DNA of 57,549 nt, counting the filler, from Rhizaria sp. SCN 62-66 (lineage: Eukaryota), in NCBI GenBank assembly GCA_001724265.1. It is 2 parts of 2 records of this genome, joined end to end, with 100 filler letters (N's around TTAATTAATTAA, not from the genome) between each part and the next. Parts side by side here need not be neighbours in the genome. Positions count along the whole stretch, not along the records: positions 29,465 to 57,549 come from MEDY01000391.1; 1 more part is not named here. One strand, written 5' to 3'. Shown here in pieces: positions 36,490 through 49,210 of this stretch (the stretch's first letter is position 1; each line of letters begins with the position of its first letter). The translations under genes and the position numbers were made by a program. The notes under the pieces were generated by a model. That model did no database searches and was not told where the DNA came from. It saw only the letters and a program-made list of their open reading frames with translations.

Positions 36490-39400
36490 AAGAAGCCGCT
36501 GGTAGCTGCTGCTCGCCGCGTTGGCCCCGCCGTTGGTGTTGTTGGAGATGATGCTGCGGATGCCGCTGCCGGCGGCGCTGCCGACGACGCTGACACCGCT
36601 GCTAACAGCAGCAGCAGCAGCATTGCCAGCACCAGTGCCTGTGTTGGTCACTGCCGTAGAGGTGCCATGAGCTGAGGCGCTTGCTTGGTGCTTTTTGTTG
36701 ATATTTTGCCAAACTCCCATGACAACAGGGTTATTGGTGCCACCCTGATTCGCGGACGCAGCAGAAGCAGCAGTGGCAAGGCCGCCAGGAGTGCTCGCAG
36801 TGGCATTGGCAGTGTTCATAACGGGCATATGCGCGGTTTGGAGCAACTGCTGCTGTGTCATGTAAGCACCCTTACCCGGGTAAGTAGACGGTGTAAGGGC
36901 CCGCGGGTCGGAGGCGTCTAAGTACACCCCGGCGGCGTTGGTACTTACAACACCGTAAGCATTGACGTTGCCGTTGACTGCAATCGTCGTGAAAGAGGTA
37001 TTCATTGCCGCCTGAGTGCCATTCATGTGCTTAGGATTAGCAATAACACTCGTGTTAGAGGCAGCAACAACAGTTTTGCTCATGTTAGTGTTAGCATACG
37101 CAAAGTTGTTGTTGTTGTTGTTGCTGTTATTCGTAACGTGCTTGTTGTTGATGTTGTTAGCGTTGAGCTTATTCAGGCGAATGCTGTTGTTATACTCAGC
37201 ATTGCTCACGAGACCGAGGTTGTTGTTATTGCCCATCCCAGCAACAGTACTGTTGTTGACGTTGTTGTGGACGCCATCCTCCTCCTCATCGTCGTCGTCG
37301 TCGTCGCCGTCGCTGTCGCCATCGCCGTCGCCGCTTAAGCTGCCGGTGTCAGCATCACCGCCGCTGCCGTTGCCGCCGCGGTTGGCGTCGCCGCCGCGGT
37401 TGGCGTCGCCGCCGCCGCGGACAACGACAACGCCGGCGGCGTTCGTCACCAAGCCGTGCTGCTGCTGGAGCTGCAGCTGCTGGAGCTGCAGTTGCTTATG
37501 CTTGCTCAAGTTCGGAACAACGACAACGCCGCCAGCACCGCTAACAACGTTTTGGTTATTCCGGTAATGATTAATGTTGTTATTGTAACCGTTAAACCTG
37601 TTATTATTGTTGTTGGTGGTGTGGGCAACAGCTGCATTCTCCTGCTGTGTCACCGCGCGGGTATTGTTGGCATTGGCAGTACTGAGATTATTGCTCTGTT
37701 GCTGTTGCTGTTGCTGCTGCTGAGTAGTACTACTTAGACCTTCGTACTTCGCCGCACCAGGAGCGTATCCGCTCAAGATATCAACCAAGAACAGGTCGCT
37801 CACGACGCTCATCGCCACAGCGACGGGCTGGTGGATCCAATTCGTCACAACCAACAGCGCAAACGTGCCAGTAAACGCCAAACAAGTCGCCTTCTCAAGC
37901 ACAACAAGCCGGATAATGTCCACATACGGGATCTGCGTCGACCCCCAAGCCGTGAGCACGGCAAGCAGCAAGCATAGTGCCTGCTCCGCGGGCGTCAACT
38001 GCCACCCTTGCGAGTGCGCGAGGAACGCGATCGACAGCGTCAGCGTGATGGCGTGCGAGTCCAAGTTAAGCCGCGTGCCGATTGGCAGAATGAACTTGGC
38101 AATCCCGGGCCGCAGTCCGAGGTCCGCGATCGCGCACCGCACCGTTTGCGGGAGCGTCTGGACCGAGGACGAAAGAACAACGGCCGAGCGGGCAGCTGGG
38201 AGCGCTTTGATCAGGATGCGCCACGGATTACGGCGTTTGCAGCCGGAAGCGACGAAGTGGAGGATAGGCAGCACCACGAGCGTCTGCACTGTGATTGCTA
38301 ACAAGACGGAGACTAAGAAGAACACCATGGCTTCCGCAGTGTTCGTGGCGTTGACTTGCGAGAGTTTGGGCACGAGGAGAGAGAAGATGGCGAAGGGAGC
38401 CAGACGGACAGCGATGTTTTGGATGCGGCGGACAATGTAGGCAACTTCCTCGATCACGCGCAACAGCGGCGACGAATGCGGGGCGCGGATGCTGAGGCCG
38501 ATGCAAAACGCGATGAATACAATACCGAGCAAGTTATCCGTCGTGGCTGCAATGAGGCCGTTGGTGGGGAAAATCTCCCAGAAGAGGGACTCAACTTGCT
38601 GCGACGCGGTGGCCGTGTTGTCAAACGGGCCCGTCCGCGCGCTCACGAGTGACGACGACGACGTGTTGTTATAGTACGCGTTGCTGTCGTCCAAGTCGGG
38701 CAGCACGTCGAACACGGGGGCGTAAGACAGCATCACGGTGTTGATGACCGTGAGCACGACGGCTGACGCCAGCACCACGGTCGTGATGTAGTACGCGTAG
38801 GTCATGTTGAAGAAACGGCCTCCGCCCTGGAAGCCGCGGAACTGACTCACCGCGATGACGATATTGGACAGAACCAGCGGGAGGACGAGTAACCGCAGCA
38901 CGCGCAGCCACAGGAAACCGGGGAAAGAGATCACTTTCATCACAGTCCACAAAGGGGTCTGAGACGGGGTGATGGCGCCGGAGCTGACGCGGACAATAAC
39001 GGCCACAAATAACGCAATCAGGGCAACAAACACCAGTAAAGGAGTGCCGGAGAGTAGGTTGAGACTGGAGCAACCTGCTTTAAGGTCGGCAAAGGTCTCA
39101 GAACAGCACACTTCGCCATCGTTGTTGTCGCCTCCGTCATCGTCCCCGTTGTCTTGAGGAGAGTTTTCGTGACCGTTTGCGCTGTTGTTGGTGGTGGTAA
39201 GTGCGACCGTGAGTGTCGTCGCATTATTGCCATTGTTGTTGTTGTTGTTGTTCGCGTTAGAGCCTATGTTGTGGCGACGACGACTGCGCTGCTGTTGCGA
39301 CGAGTGCGCGTTAGAACCAGCGATTGCATGACCGTGCGCATTACCTTGCGCAGTATCGGTGTTGATGTGGGCGCTAACTCGAGCGCTCGTCATGTGGTGA

Positions 39401-39604
39401 TTGCTCCCGCCCATGTGACTATGACCATTATTGTTGTTGTTATTGCTGCTGCTGCTGTTAACCTTGAGCGCAGTGGTGAAAGCGTGCCCATCTCCTCCTT
39501 GCTGCCGCGCGCTACTTAGATTGTTGTCGGGGGAACTTAGAACCAGCGAGTTGATGTCACTGAGATGGTCCTGCTGTTCCTGCTGGGACATCAAAGCCAT
39601 CGCT

Positions 39605-39641
<37 letters not shown>

Positions 39642-41283
39642 AGGACGGTGAGAGCTGCGCTTCCCCACCGGCGGCGATGCCGCTGTTGCGCGCGCTGCTG
39701 AGGTTGCTGCTGCTCGCGACCTCCATCAACGGCGCCTTGATAGCGCTCACACTCGAGGCGTGGTGGTGAGTGCTGACTTTGTTGTTGTTGTTGCTGTGCT
39801 TGTTACTCCCACCACCGCCCTTATTGTTGCTGTTGCCATTGCTGTTGTTGTTGTTATTAGAGCTGATCATGTAAGTGAACGGAGTGTAAGGGCCTGCGCG
39901 GCTGCTACTGACATCGGTCTCGTTCAAAAATGCGCGGATGTTGACAGCATTGCTATTTCTCGTGCTGGAATCAAGCGTGTTAGAATGGCTACTGCTGTTG
40001 CTGCCGTCTTTGTCATTGTCATCACCACGGCCACTGCCGCGGCCACTGCCACTGCTGCTGCCGCTGCCGCTTTGACTGTCATTGTCCTTGCCATCGTTTG
40101 CGTTGGAGTTGGAGTTCGTACGAACACTATTGCCATCATGACCGGTATCGTCACCACTGCCACTGTCGTGGTCGCCGTTGCTGTTGTTGCTACGGCGACT
40201 GTGAGCAGAGTGGCTAGAGCTGTAGTCGATGTAGTCGTTGTCGTCGTTCGCATCGTCATCATCATTCCCAGCGTCGCTTTTGCTGTTGTTATTGGCAGTA
40301 ATGCCAGCAACAGCAACAGCAGCAGCAGCAGGCGCAGGCGCAGCAACAGCTTTGTTGTTGAAGTACGCGTTTGTGCTGCCATTGAGAGCGCCGCTGTTGC
40401 TGAGACTAACGTTTCCGTCGTGATTTATAACGGCGTTGTTGTTGTTGTTGCTGCTGCTTTGGTTATAGAACGCAGCAACAGCGGCAGGTACTGGGGCGGG
40501 AGCAGGAGCAGCGGCAGGGGTGGTGAAAGCCAGAGCATTGTTAGGATTTGGCATCATCAAAAGGTCGCCAAACATACCAACGTTGTTGTTATTGCCAACA
40601 AACCCGTTCTGAATGTTGTTGTTATTGCTGCTGTTGTTGTAGGGAACATTATGAACCATGTTGTGGTTATTCATCATGTTAACGTTATTAGCGTTGTTAT
40701 TGTTGTTATTGTTATAGTCGTCGTATTCGTCGTAACCATAGTTCAAAACACTGTTTGTCGTCGTCACCACAACATCACTCGCGTTGGCAGTCGCGTTCGC
40801 TGGCAGCGGCAGCAACTGCGGCAACTGTGGCTGCTGCTGCTGCGGCTGCTGCGGCTGCTGCTGCTGCTGCTGCAGTGTAATTGCTCCGCCTGATGCAAGG
40901 GCCTCCGACGTAAGGGCCTCGGTCGTAGGCGTAAACAGGTTCGCAAAAACGTCGTTGGTATCGACGCCAGCAGCAGCAGTATTAGCAACATCGGCAATGC
41001 CCGAGCTGCCACCCTGAGCACCCGCGCTCGCACTCGCGGTCGCGGGCGCATTCGCTGCCGCAGCCGCAGCGGCAGCCGCTGTCACAGGCTCAGGCTTTGA
41101 TGCTGTTGGTGCTGTAAGCGTAGGGGTGAGTGTGGTGGACTCTCTGGCTGACACAGCAGCTCCATTCGCATCAGCCGCATCCACCGGCAGCGGCAGCGGC
41201 AATGCTGTAGCTGCTGCTGTTGCTGTTGCTGTTACTGCCGCTGCTGGTGGGGGGCCGGGCGGCGGCGTGCGTGGCACCTGCAT
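32744..41283 (-). CDS. SLC1/DAACS (sodium:dicarboxylate symporter-like) domain fused to an AGC-family Ser/Thr kinase (PKB/SGK/S6K-like), about 2660 aa, 4 exons
   Basis: Exons 41283-35281, 35080-34741, 34547-34300, 34147-32744 (7995 nt, in frame). Exon 1 is one stop-free 6-kb frame holding the transporter domain (~39050-37770: FPGFLWLRVLRLLVLPL, IFPTN, APFAIFSLL, SSSVQTLP, FILPIGTRLNLDS) and the kinase Gly-loop LGQGSFGQ. Later exons give YAMKVL, YRDLKPEN, DFGLSKE, SFVGTPEYLAPE and the AGC tail PPFEP..HFDAQFT. Confidence 0.88.
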
Positions 41284-42820
41284 TCACGACACAAACGCAA
41301 GCAACGCAACTGCAGCAGGGAGCGAGCGCTTTGGTGCTGGTCCGCAGTGGTCAGCTGGTCGTGTTGGTGAGATTGAGAGAGCGACGGGGTGTTGGCGTTG
41401 GCGAAACTACTAAGAGGCACAGAGCAAAACTGTCGAGGCACGACCAAGGCTCTTGTCGGGGCAAATTTGAGTGATAAGGTCGACTCCTGTGTGTAAGGTA
41501 GAGAGTTGTGTTGGCAAGCGGCTGATACAGCGCTGAACCAGAAGCGATAGGACAGCAACGTGGGAAGCAAGAGAGAGCAAGCAAGTGCAAATGAGAGCGT
41601 TCAAGTGAGAGAAATAGTGATACAAGTGCAGGGCAGAAAGGGGCTGTGACAATAAAATAACGCCGAAATGGTATACTAAGGAAGCGTGCATCTTGAAACG
41701 GAGTAACTTTTGTTGAAATCAACATTAGAATGCTCTTTCATCTCCGAAAGGTCGAAGGAGGATGACGGCTAGGCGAGGCGGGACTGGTGGGTCGTAAAAG
41801 ACGAATTTCATTATGTAAACGGCCATGACGAGCGGAATACTAAAATAAATACTAAGAATGTAGCACGTGAAAATATGGAAGCAGTGTTGAATGCGTTCAT
41901 AATGATCGAAAACGAAATATCGGAGAGGTGCAAATCGGCCTTCGGCTCGACGTGACCGCCCGTGGCAAAGCGGCTTGGCACACACTCGCGCGCTCTATCC
42001 AAGACTTAATATGCCTGTATATATGCACAGAAGATGCAGAGCATGTGTACTCCTAAATTGTCTTGTATTTTCTATATTCTATTAAAAATTTGCTTGGTAT
42101 AGCGTTGATTGTGAGGCTACGGCTCGGTCTAGAGCAGAAGGTTGCAAGTGCAGCAGTTTGGACTCAACATCGCCGTGTCGTTGTGTCCGCTACAAACCAC
42201 GGCGCTCATTGTCGCATGCGCTCCTGAATGAGTAGAGCAACTGAAGTAAGCCCCTGGCGATTGCCGTGGTGCTATGTGAGTTGATGCTGCAGTGTTATCG
42301 CGACTGGTATTCAAGTCGATTTCGCGAAGTTTTCGAATCAAAGCAGATGCATAGTGGATCAAACCAAGACAGTACGTGCAGGAGCGGTTTTACCATGTAA
42401 AGTGTTGTGCAGAATGATACATATTGGTTTAAGCTTTGCTTGCTTTTGTTCAGGTATACTTTGACGTGATAAATTGAAGGCGGTCAACTTGCAACTCACT
42501 TGTGGTCACACACGTAAAATCACGACTGTTACTTGACAAATGTTGAATATAGCTATCAAACTACGCATAGAGGGTACAATTTAGTGACAATCATGTGATA
42601 TCCGCATGAATACTTGATTAGCCTCCGTTTAAAGCGCCTATGATCGAAAATAGAGTGCTTGTGTGGGATGACGTGGGTGACGAGATGGCTCTTCCGATCG
42701 GCTCATTTGTCACTGCTCAATCTCCATTGTTTCTTCGTCAAGCTCGACAAAACTACGTCTTAGACTTGTAAAACAACATATTGTCTCTTTTCGAGTAATT
42801 ACGTGCTTCGAACTCGAAAT

Positions 42821-43677
42821 ATGGGCGCGCTTTGCAGTCGTTGCCGTCGCCCGAGCGCCGCGGAGGATGGCGAGAACAAAGAGATCGAGCTGTCAAGCTT
42901 TGTCCACATTGACCCTGCTCTGTGCGGCAAGGACGTCCGTGTCAACAACGACGTTGTGAGTGGCACGGGTTGCGCGGTAGCCAACTGCGCACTGCACCAG
43001 ACTCGGTCCTACTTCGAAGTCACAATCAAGACGAGCGGTACGTCACCCTCCTCGTATCATCAATCGAATCTTTCCTCACTGCGACTTGCCACATCATCAC
43101 ATCTCTCTGTTTTGTTGTTATCTAGATACCTCACGTGCGCATGTTTTGTGTTTGCTGCTTTTTTATTTCCAGGCACTGTGTATATTGGCCTCACAGCGAT
43201 TCCCAAGACCGCTCTCGATGTCCCCATGAAGGACCGCGAGCAAACCTGGTACGCAACTTCACGCACAAAATCAGCTCCACAGCTCCACAGTCTTGCCTAA
43301 CTCGCTCAATCCTTGGACTTAATATGTAAAAAGAGATAATATACGTCATAATCTCGGGTTATTCTCATGGGCTTTTACCTTTGCTCTTAAATCTGCTGTT
43401 ATGTGTGGTTTCGCTTAGGTTTCTCGACTGCTCGTCCCACCCCGCGGGCGTCGTCATCGGCGTCTCCCTCGACCTCTCCCTGGTCCGCCCGGCCCTTGTC
43501 TTTACGGCCAACGGTGCCACGCTGCCGCAGCCGACGCGCCAGACCGTGCGGGGCGACGTTTACCCCGTTATCTTCGTGGCTGAAGGGGCTGTTGTGCAGT
43601 GCAACTTTGGGACGGGCGCGCTGGCGCATTTGCCCAGTGGCTTTGAGGGGCTTATGTGCTCTATCGACCTTTTATGA
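42821..43677 (+). CDS. SPRYD7: SPRY domain-containing protein 7-like, 3 exons
   Basis: Exons 42821-43037, 43173-43248, 43419-43677. Motifs VSGTGCAVANCALHQTRSYFEV, GVVIGVSLD, RGDVYPVIFVAEGAVVQCNF and PSGFEGLM..DLL. N-terminus MGALCSRC suggests acylation. Confidence 0.85.
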
Positions 43678-44495
43678 ACACTTTAGCCATCATAACAAGG
43701 GATTAACTGACTACTTAAACCTGTTTTGTTGAGTTTTCCGACGTTTGTATGGATAGTTTAAGTGCTTTGTTGTCACAGTGGGGACTATCCAGTGGGGACT
43801 TTGAGGGGACGATACGCGCTGTTAACATGATGGTCAGCGCTACAACGTTTATTTTAGCTTATAATACACAGATTTGCTTTAGATATTAGCGCTTTAGTTC
43901 CGATCAGTGTCGTTTATGCCGTGGCTTCAATACAAAAAAGAGCAAAATCGCACTGTCGTTCCGAAAAATCGAAAATGATTTTCGATTTGACCGAGCGAAA
44001 GTTTGACTCGTGGTCGTCGATTTTGATGTCTCAGTGTGTAATACCGGCAACATAGTTTAGCATATCGGTGGTTTGACAGATAATATACCTTTACTGTGGT
44101 CTTATATTGAAAATAAGATTCCGCTATAGAGCCTTCTATCCTGCGCTATTTTGCTCCTCAGATCCGTGATCTCGAACTCTGTCCTGCTGCAAACCCGCCC
44201 GGCGCCCTATCTTCCCCTCTCACACTCAAACACCTCGCTCTCCTCGCATGCACGCTGCAGAACCCTTTAGCCACCGCACCCAGCAACGTACTTGGCGTGT
44301 TTTTAGCTCGACAGCTCCTGCTCTCGCAGTCTGAAAACAAGTCCAGAGACTCGCTCCCTCAAGAGTCTTCATCAATCGCTCGTGTTTGCTGACACCGCCC
44401 AAAGCGAGTCACAGCTTTGCACACTCGCGCTCGCTCGCTGTCGAACCTGACATCCTCGTACTAGCCTTCTTTTAGTGCTTGTTGTGCGTGATATC

Positions 44496-46442
44496 ATGGC
44501 TATCTGGTGCATTCGCCGCGACCCTTGCGGCATTTTTAGTGCTGCCCTCGTACGTTTCCCTCCGTCCACAAAACGGAATCACCCAAATGAGAATATCTCG
44601 CTACAAAAATCTTCAGTAATGCTGAAACTTGACTATGTCTTGCTTCATAACATATTAAATCTGCAGTCGCAATATTTTGGTGATAACTCTTAACTAACCC
44701 TATCTATTCTCTCTTTTGTCGTCTCTTGTCCTTCACTCCAATCCATGCTCCTTGCCTTGATCGGCTCTTGTTTTACACCGCGCACTCCCAGTCTATCGGC
44801 CTGCTGCTGTACTCCCAATACGTCATCACCACCGTCATCCTCCTCCCGTGGTATGGCGTTACCCTGCACCTGTTTTTCTACACTCTCATCACAGTCTGCG
44901 CTCTGTACGCGCACTCTGCAGCCCAGTTCCAAGACCCTGGTGCTGTGCCAGCCTCCCTCACTCCGCCGCCGCTGCCGTCCTCTCCGATCCTCTACTCCGA
45001 GTCGCACCCGCCGCCGCCGGCGCCCAAGGTGTGCCGCCAGTGCCGCACGCTGAAGCCTGCGCTCGCGTTCCACTGCTCCACGTGCGAGCGCTGCGTCGTC
45101 CGGTTCGTACACAAAACAAGACTTTGACTGCATATATCGCGCTCTCGTGAAATAATATTTTGCTCTATTGTGAATTTTTGGTGTTCTTATTTTGTCGTTG
45201 TGTTTGAACTGTATGTGATCTCGTCTTTGGCTTCAAATCTCGTGTTATGTCTTGCTTAACTCACTCACGTTTGAATCTTACTTTTAAAATTTTGCTGTGC
45301 TTAGGATGGATCACCACTGCCCCTGGGTGAACAACTGCGTTGGCATCAACAACCAGAAGCCCTTTATCCTTTTCCTTCTCTACACCGCTCTCTGTTGCCT
45401 CTACTCGGGTGTTCTACTCGTTGCACGGTTTTTCTCTTGCTCCCGCCGCCCGCGCCAGTGCACCGTCGCTGGCGCTGGCACTGCGCTCTCCATCATCGAC
45501 TTCGTGTTGTGCCTCGTCTTTGGGCTGTTTGTCGTGATCATGATGATTGACCAGTTTTCGGCCATTTGGGAAGGCAATGAGGAGAATATGCGCATTTATA
45601 ACCACCAAATGCAGCAACGTGAGGCTCAGGTATGTCTCTTTGTAGCTTCTTTAAATCGACATTCAATGTCGTATATATTGACTTAATCAAATGACATTTG
45701 TACGGATATCATGTTACATTGAGTTTGATGTTTGCGTCTTCTTGCATCGCCTGTCTTTCACACCATGTGCTCTGAAATTCCTCTTTTGCTATTTTACTAT
45801 GGACTTTCTTAGGTCCGGAGCGGCATTCTGCTCGGCCCTGCCCCTGCGCCCCCCAAGATGCTGACTCGCTACGAAGCCGTGTGCGAAGTCTTCGGTGAGC
45901 GCTTCTCTTACCGCTGGTTTCTCCCCTTTTTCAGCCGGACTAAGCAGATCACGGCCGATTTCGATAACGAGCTCGAGAAGGCCAAGACCCGAGCCGCCGG
46001 TCAAATTAAGGCGATTCACGCGCACATTGCACTGCAGGAGCAGCGTGAGGCTGCTCTGGCGGCGACCAATGCGCAGATGAGGGCCGCTGCGAGTGCAACT
46101 GTGAGTGCGGCCAATGCTGCTCACGGTCACTCTGCTCACGGTCACTCGCACTCACACGATAACGGCCACACTGCTGCTGCTGCTGCCGCTGCGGCTGAGA
46201 CTGTTCACGGTCGCCCGGATGATGACGACAGTGTGGACGACGACTGTGATCATAATGCTGAGGCAGAGTATGAGGGCAACGTTAACGGTAACGATGCGAA
46301 TGATGATGATGACATCAGTGGCGACGAGGACGACGACGACAACAGCAACGAGCCGCCTCGCCGCACTGCCCATAATAACGAGGCGGGGGCGGCCAATGCG
46401 GCGCGCGCGCGTCACCAGCGTCCTAGCCCCGCCGTTGAGTGA
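44496..46442 (+). CDS. DHHC palmitoyltransferase (ZDHHC3/7-like), 4 exons
   Basis: Exons 44496-44549, 44792-45102, 45305-45629, 45813-46442. N-terminal WCIRRDPCG, DPGAVP, CxxC..[35 protein letters not shown], four hydrophobic segments, EVFG..F..WFLPF tail. Confidence 0.93.
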
Positions 46443-47526
46443 GTCAACTCATCAGGAGAGTAAGTTTCACTCTCTCGTTTGAGCGAACTTTCCTATCTCA
46501 GCTGCCAAATCTATCATCATCCAGAAGATTTATGGATTGATGCTAGTCTGTATTACGCTTAATTGATGCTAGTTTTCATTCGAACGAAGCCTTGGCGCGA
46601 AAAGGTCAGCATTTTTACTCGGATTGATTTAAGTCCTAGATAATATCTCTGCTGTTTCATGACGAAATGGCCAATATACACGTTCACAACGCATTTATAA
46701 ACAAAAAAAATTCAGACATAAAGGTGTACGTATCGGAAATACCTCTCTCTTTGGTGTACGATAAAGATATCACGCGCTATATGCTGTTAAGTGCAGGTAC
46801 ATTGTACATGTACTAATCACTGTAAGTTTGTGCCGCTCTAGTGCTCCTGTATTCAAGTGCAAATCAAGAGGAAATGATGCGATTAGTGATAATATCTTGC
46901 GATATCAAATACATTCCCTATTTTCATACTTAATTTTGTTGTTTCAATTTTCGGCGATAAAAAAAAAGATCGGCCAAAGTGATTTCTAAAATTGACACTC
47001 TCTTATTGCAATCGACGTTCCAAGTCTTTGAAGGAGGATAAAATACACAAAACAAAGTCCTACATAGCTAGGCTTTAGATATGATACGAGTTTAAATTTG
47101 TTTTAAAAGGGTAATGCATTTTTGACTTTCTAACAAAACATTAGGCAGGCTTAATTCGTAAAGTGCATCGATTTTGGAGCTATCTGAGTCGAGGTTCGTA
47201 AAAAATCGGTCCTCGCTTTTGGTTTTCCTGTGGAGAAAAGTAGTCCGAAAGAGAGCCGGATTTGTGCGCTGATCTGATCAGAGTATTGTCTTTAGACACT
47301 TTAGCGCAACATTTCACGCAGTTAACTATCTATTTTTTTAATTCGCACTGTATCAGAGATGGTCTATGTAATTGTATCTGCGCGCCGAGTCCTCCCGCTT
47401 CTTGTTGCCGTTGAGCTATCCGCCATCTCATCCTTACTACCCTGCCCCCTTTCCATCCTTTCTATTTACCTTTGTCTCCAACCAAACCCAACTGCACGCG
47501 TGCTTTTATATCCGAATCTAGCTGCG

Positions 47527-49210
47527 ATGGACACCCTCGAAGCGTTTCGCAGCCGTGTGATCGCGGGCGAGGAGTGCCAGCTGGTGCCCGAGTCGGCCAC
47601 CGTCCTCTTCAGGTTCGTCCCCCCTCTTTCCGCCTCGACCGCGCCCTATAACAAACCCGCCCAGCAACGCCCTTTTGCTGTCCGTTATCTCACTCTGTTC
47701 TCTGCTTATTTATGTTTGTTACATCTAGTGCGTCGACGACGTCGTTTCCCAAGGACGCCCCCCTGCCTCTGCGCATGCCCGACGGCACTGTCCTGACCCC
47801 GGCCGCACTGTGGTGCCTGCTCTCGCACCCCCAGGTTGCGCGCTACACCCAGGAGACGCTCAAGCACAAGATCCCCAAGATTCCCGTCATTCACCACAAC
47901 GCTATCGCCGAATACCTCCGTGGCCGCGTTGACACCTGCCCCTTCCTCACCACCAACGCTGCCGCCACCGCCGCCGCTTCCGCGCCCGCTGCGACTGCGA
48001 CGGCATCGAGCTCCTCCGCCGCCGTGGCCTCCGCGGCCGACGCCGCCGGCCCTGGCGCGTCCCGCGGCGTGAAGCGCCCCGCCGACGTCGCCGCTTGGGG
48101 GCTGAACGACGCGCTCGAGGAGGAGTTGCTCACCACCACGCGCGCCAGCGCCATGCATGTGCCTGACAAGTCGTTCTACAACAGCCGCAAGGCGCTGTTT
48201 GAGAAGGCAGTGCTCCTGGGGCTCGGTGTGCCTGTTGCGCCCAACGTCGTCGCCGCTATCAAGAAGGCTGCCGCCGCCACCGCCACGACTGAGAGCTCGC
48301 CTACAATCTCTAGCTCTGTTAGTTCAAGCTCTAGCTCAAGCTCTAGCTCTAGCTCCGCCGCTGCGAGTGGCGCGGCGAAGCCCGCCGCTGGTGCCGCTGC
48401 TGCTGCGCCCTCGGTGCTGCCGTCGTCACGCGTCCCCATTATCGTCGTGTCGTCGTCCAAGCGCGCCATGCTCTCGCTCGCTAATGCAGGCGCGTTCTTC
48501 GCTCTCGGCCGCTACCAAGACCCTAACGCAACCGCGACCGCGAGTACCAACAGCTCTAGCACCGGCGCTAACGCTGGCGCTGTTGCTGCGGGCGCTGCTG
48601 AAAGTAGCAGCAGCAGTAGCAGTAGTAACACAGCTGCGTCGGGCAGTGTCGTCGGTTTGATCAATGAGCACACTCTGCGTATCACCCACATCAACGACAA
48701 GGGCAAGAAGTGTGAAATCCACATCATCGACAACCCGGAGAAGCTAAGTGACCGCGACTGGCAGCGTGTCGTCGCGGTTGCGGTGACGGGCCAGGCGTGG
48801 CAGCTCGATCTCAACCGCGGGCCGCCGGCGACTGTGCTGGCGCATGCGATGGGCGTGTATCTGCAGTGGGATGGCGAAAGTACGCACATTATTGGATAGT
48901 TCCATTGCGAAAGCGAACTCGGGACCAACAAAGATTGGATAACTTTTGTTTTATATCAAAATGGCTTGATTTATGTATTTGACGATGTTTTATATTCTTT
49001 ACTTATTTTATCGTCTCATGATTTCATCTTTGTTGTCTTTTGATTCTTTCTTTTTTAGCGCCGCACGAGAACATCGCCAAGTGGGGTGTCAAGCGCCTCA
49101 TGGTGAGCCGCGCTAACCGCCACCGCGACGGCGCTGTGGCGGCCGAGTTCTGGCGTCTGCTGCGCACATTCCTATCCACCAAGCCACACGGCCAGTACCT
49201 CACGTATTGA
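47527..49210 (+). CDS. CDC73: CDC73/parafibromin, PAF1 complex subunit, 3 exons
   Basis: Exons 47527-47612, 47729-48879, 49059-49210. N-terminal MDTLEAFR..AEYLRG. C-terminal Ras-like domain PIIVVS..MLSLANA..FF, IIDNPEKLSDRDWQRVVAVAVTGQAWQ, KWGVKRLMVSRANRHRD...EFW. Confidence 0.9.

Noticed and set aside
33100-37740. CAG/AAC trinucleotide tracts as non-coding microsatellites separating two genes
   Set aside because: They lie in open frames encoding poly-Q/poly-N. Apart from the three kinase introns, no stop or AT-rich intergenic stretch interrupts the gene.
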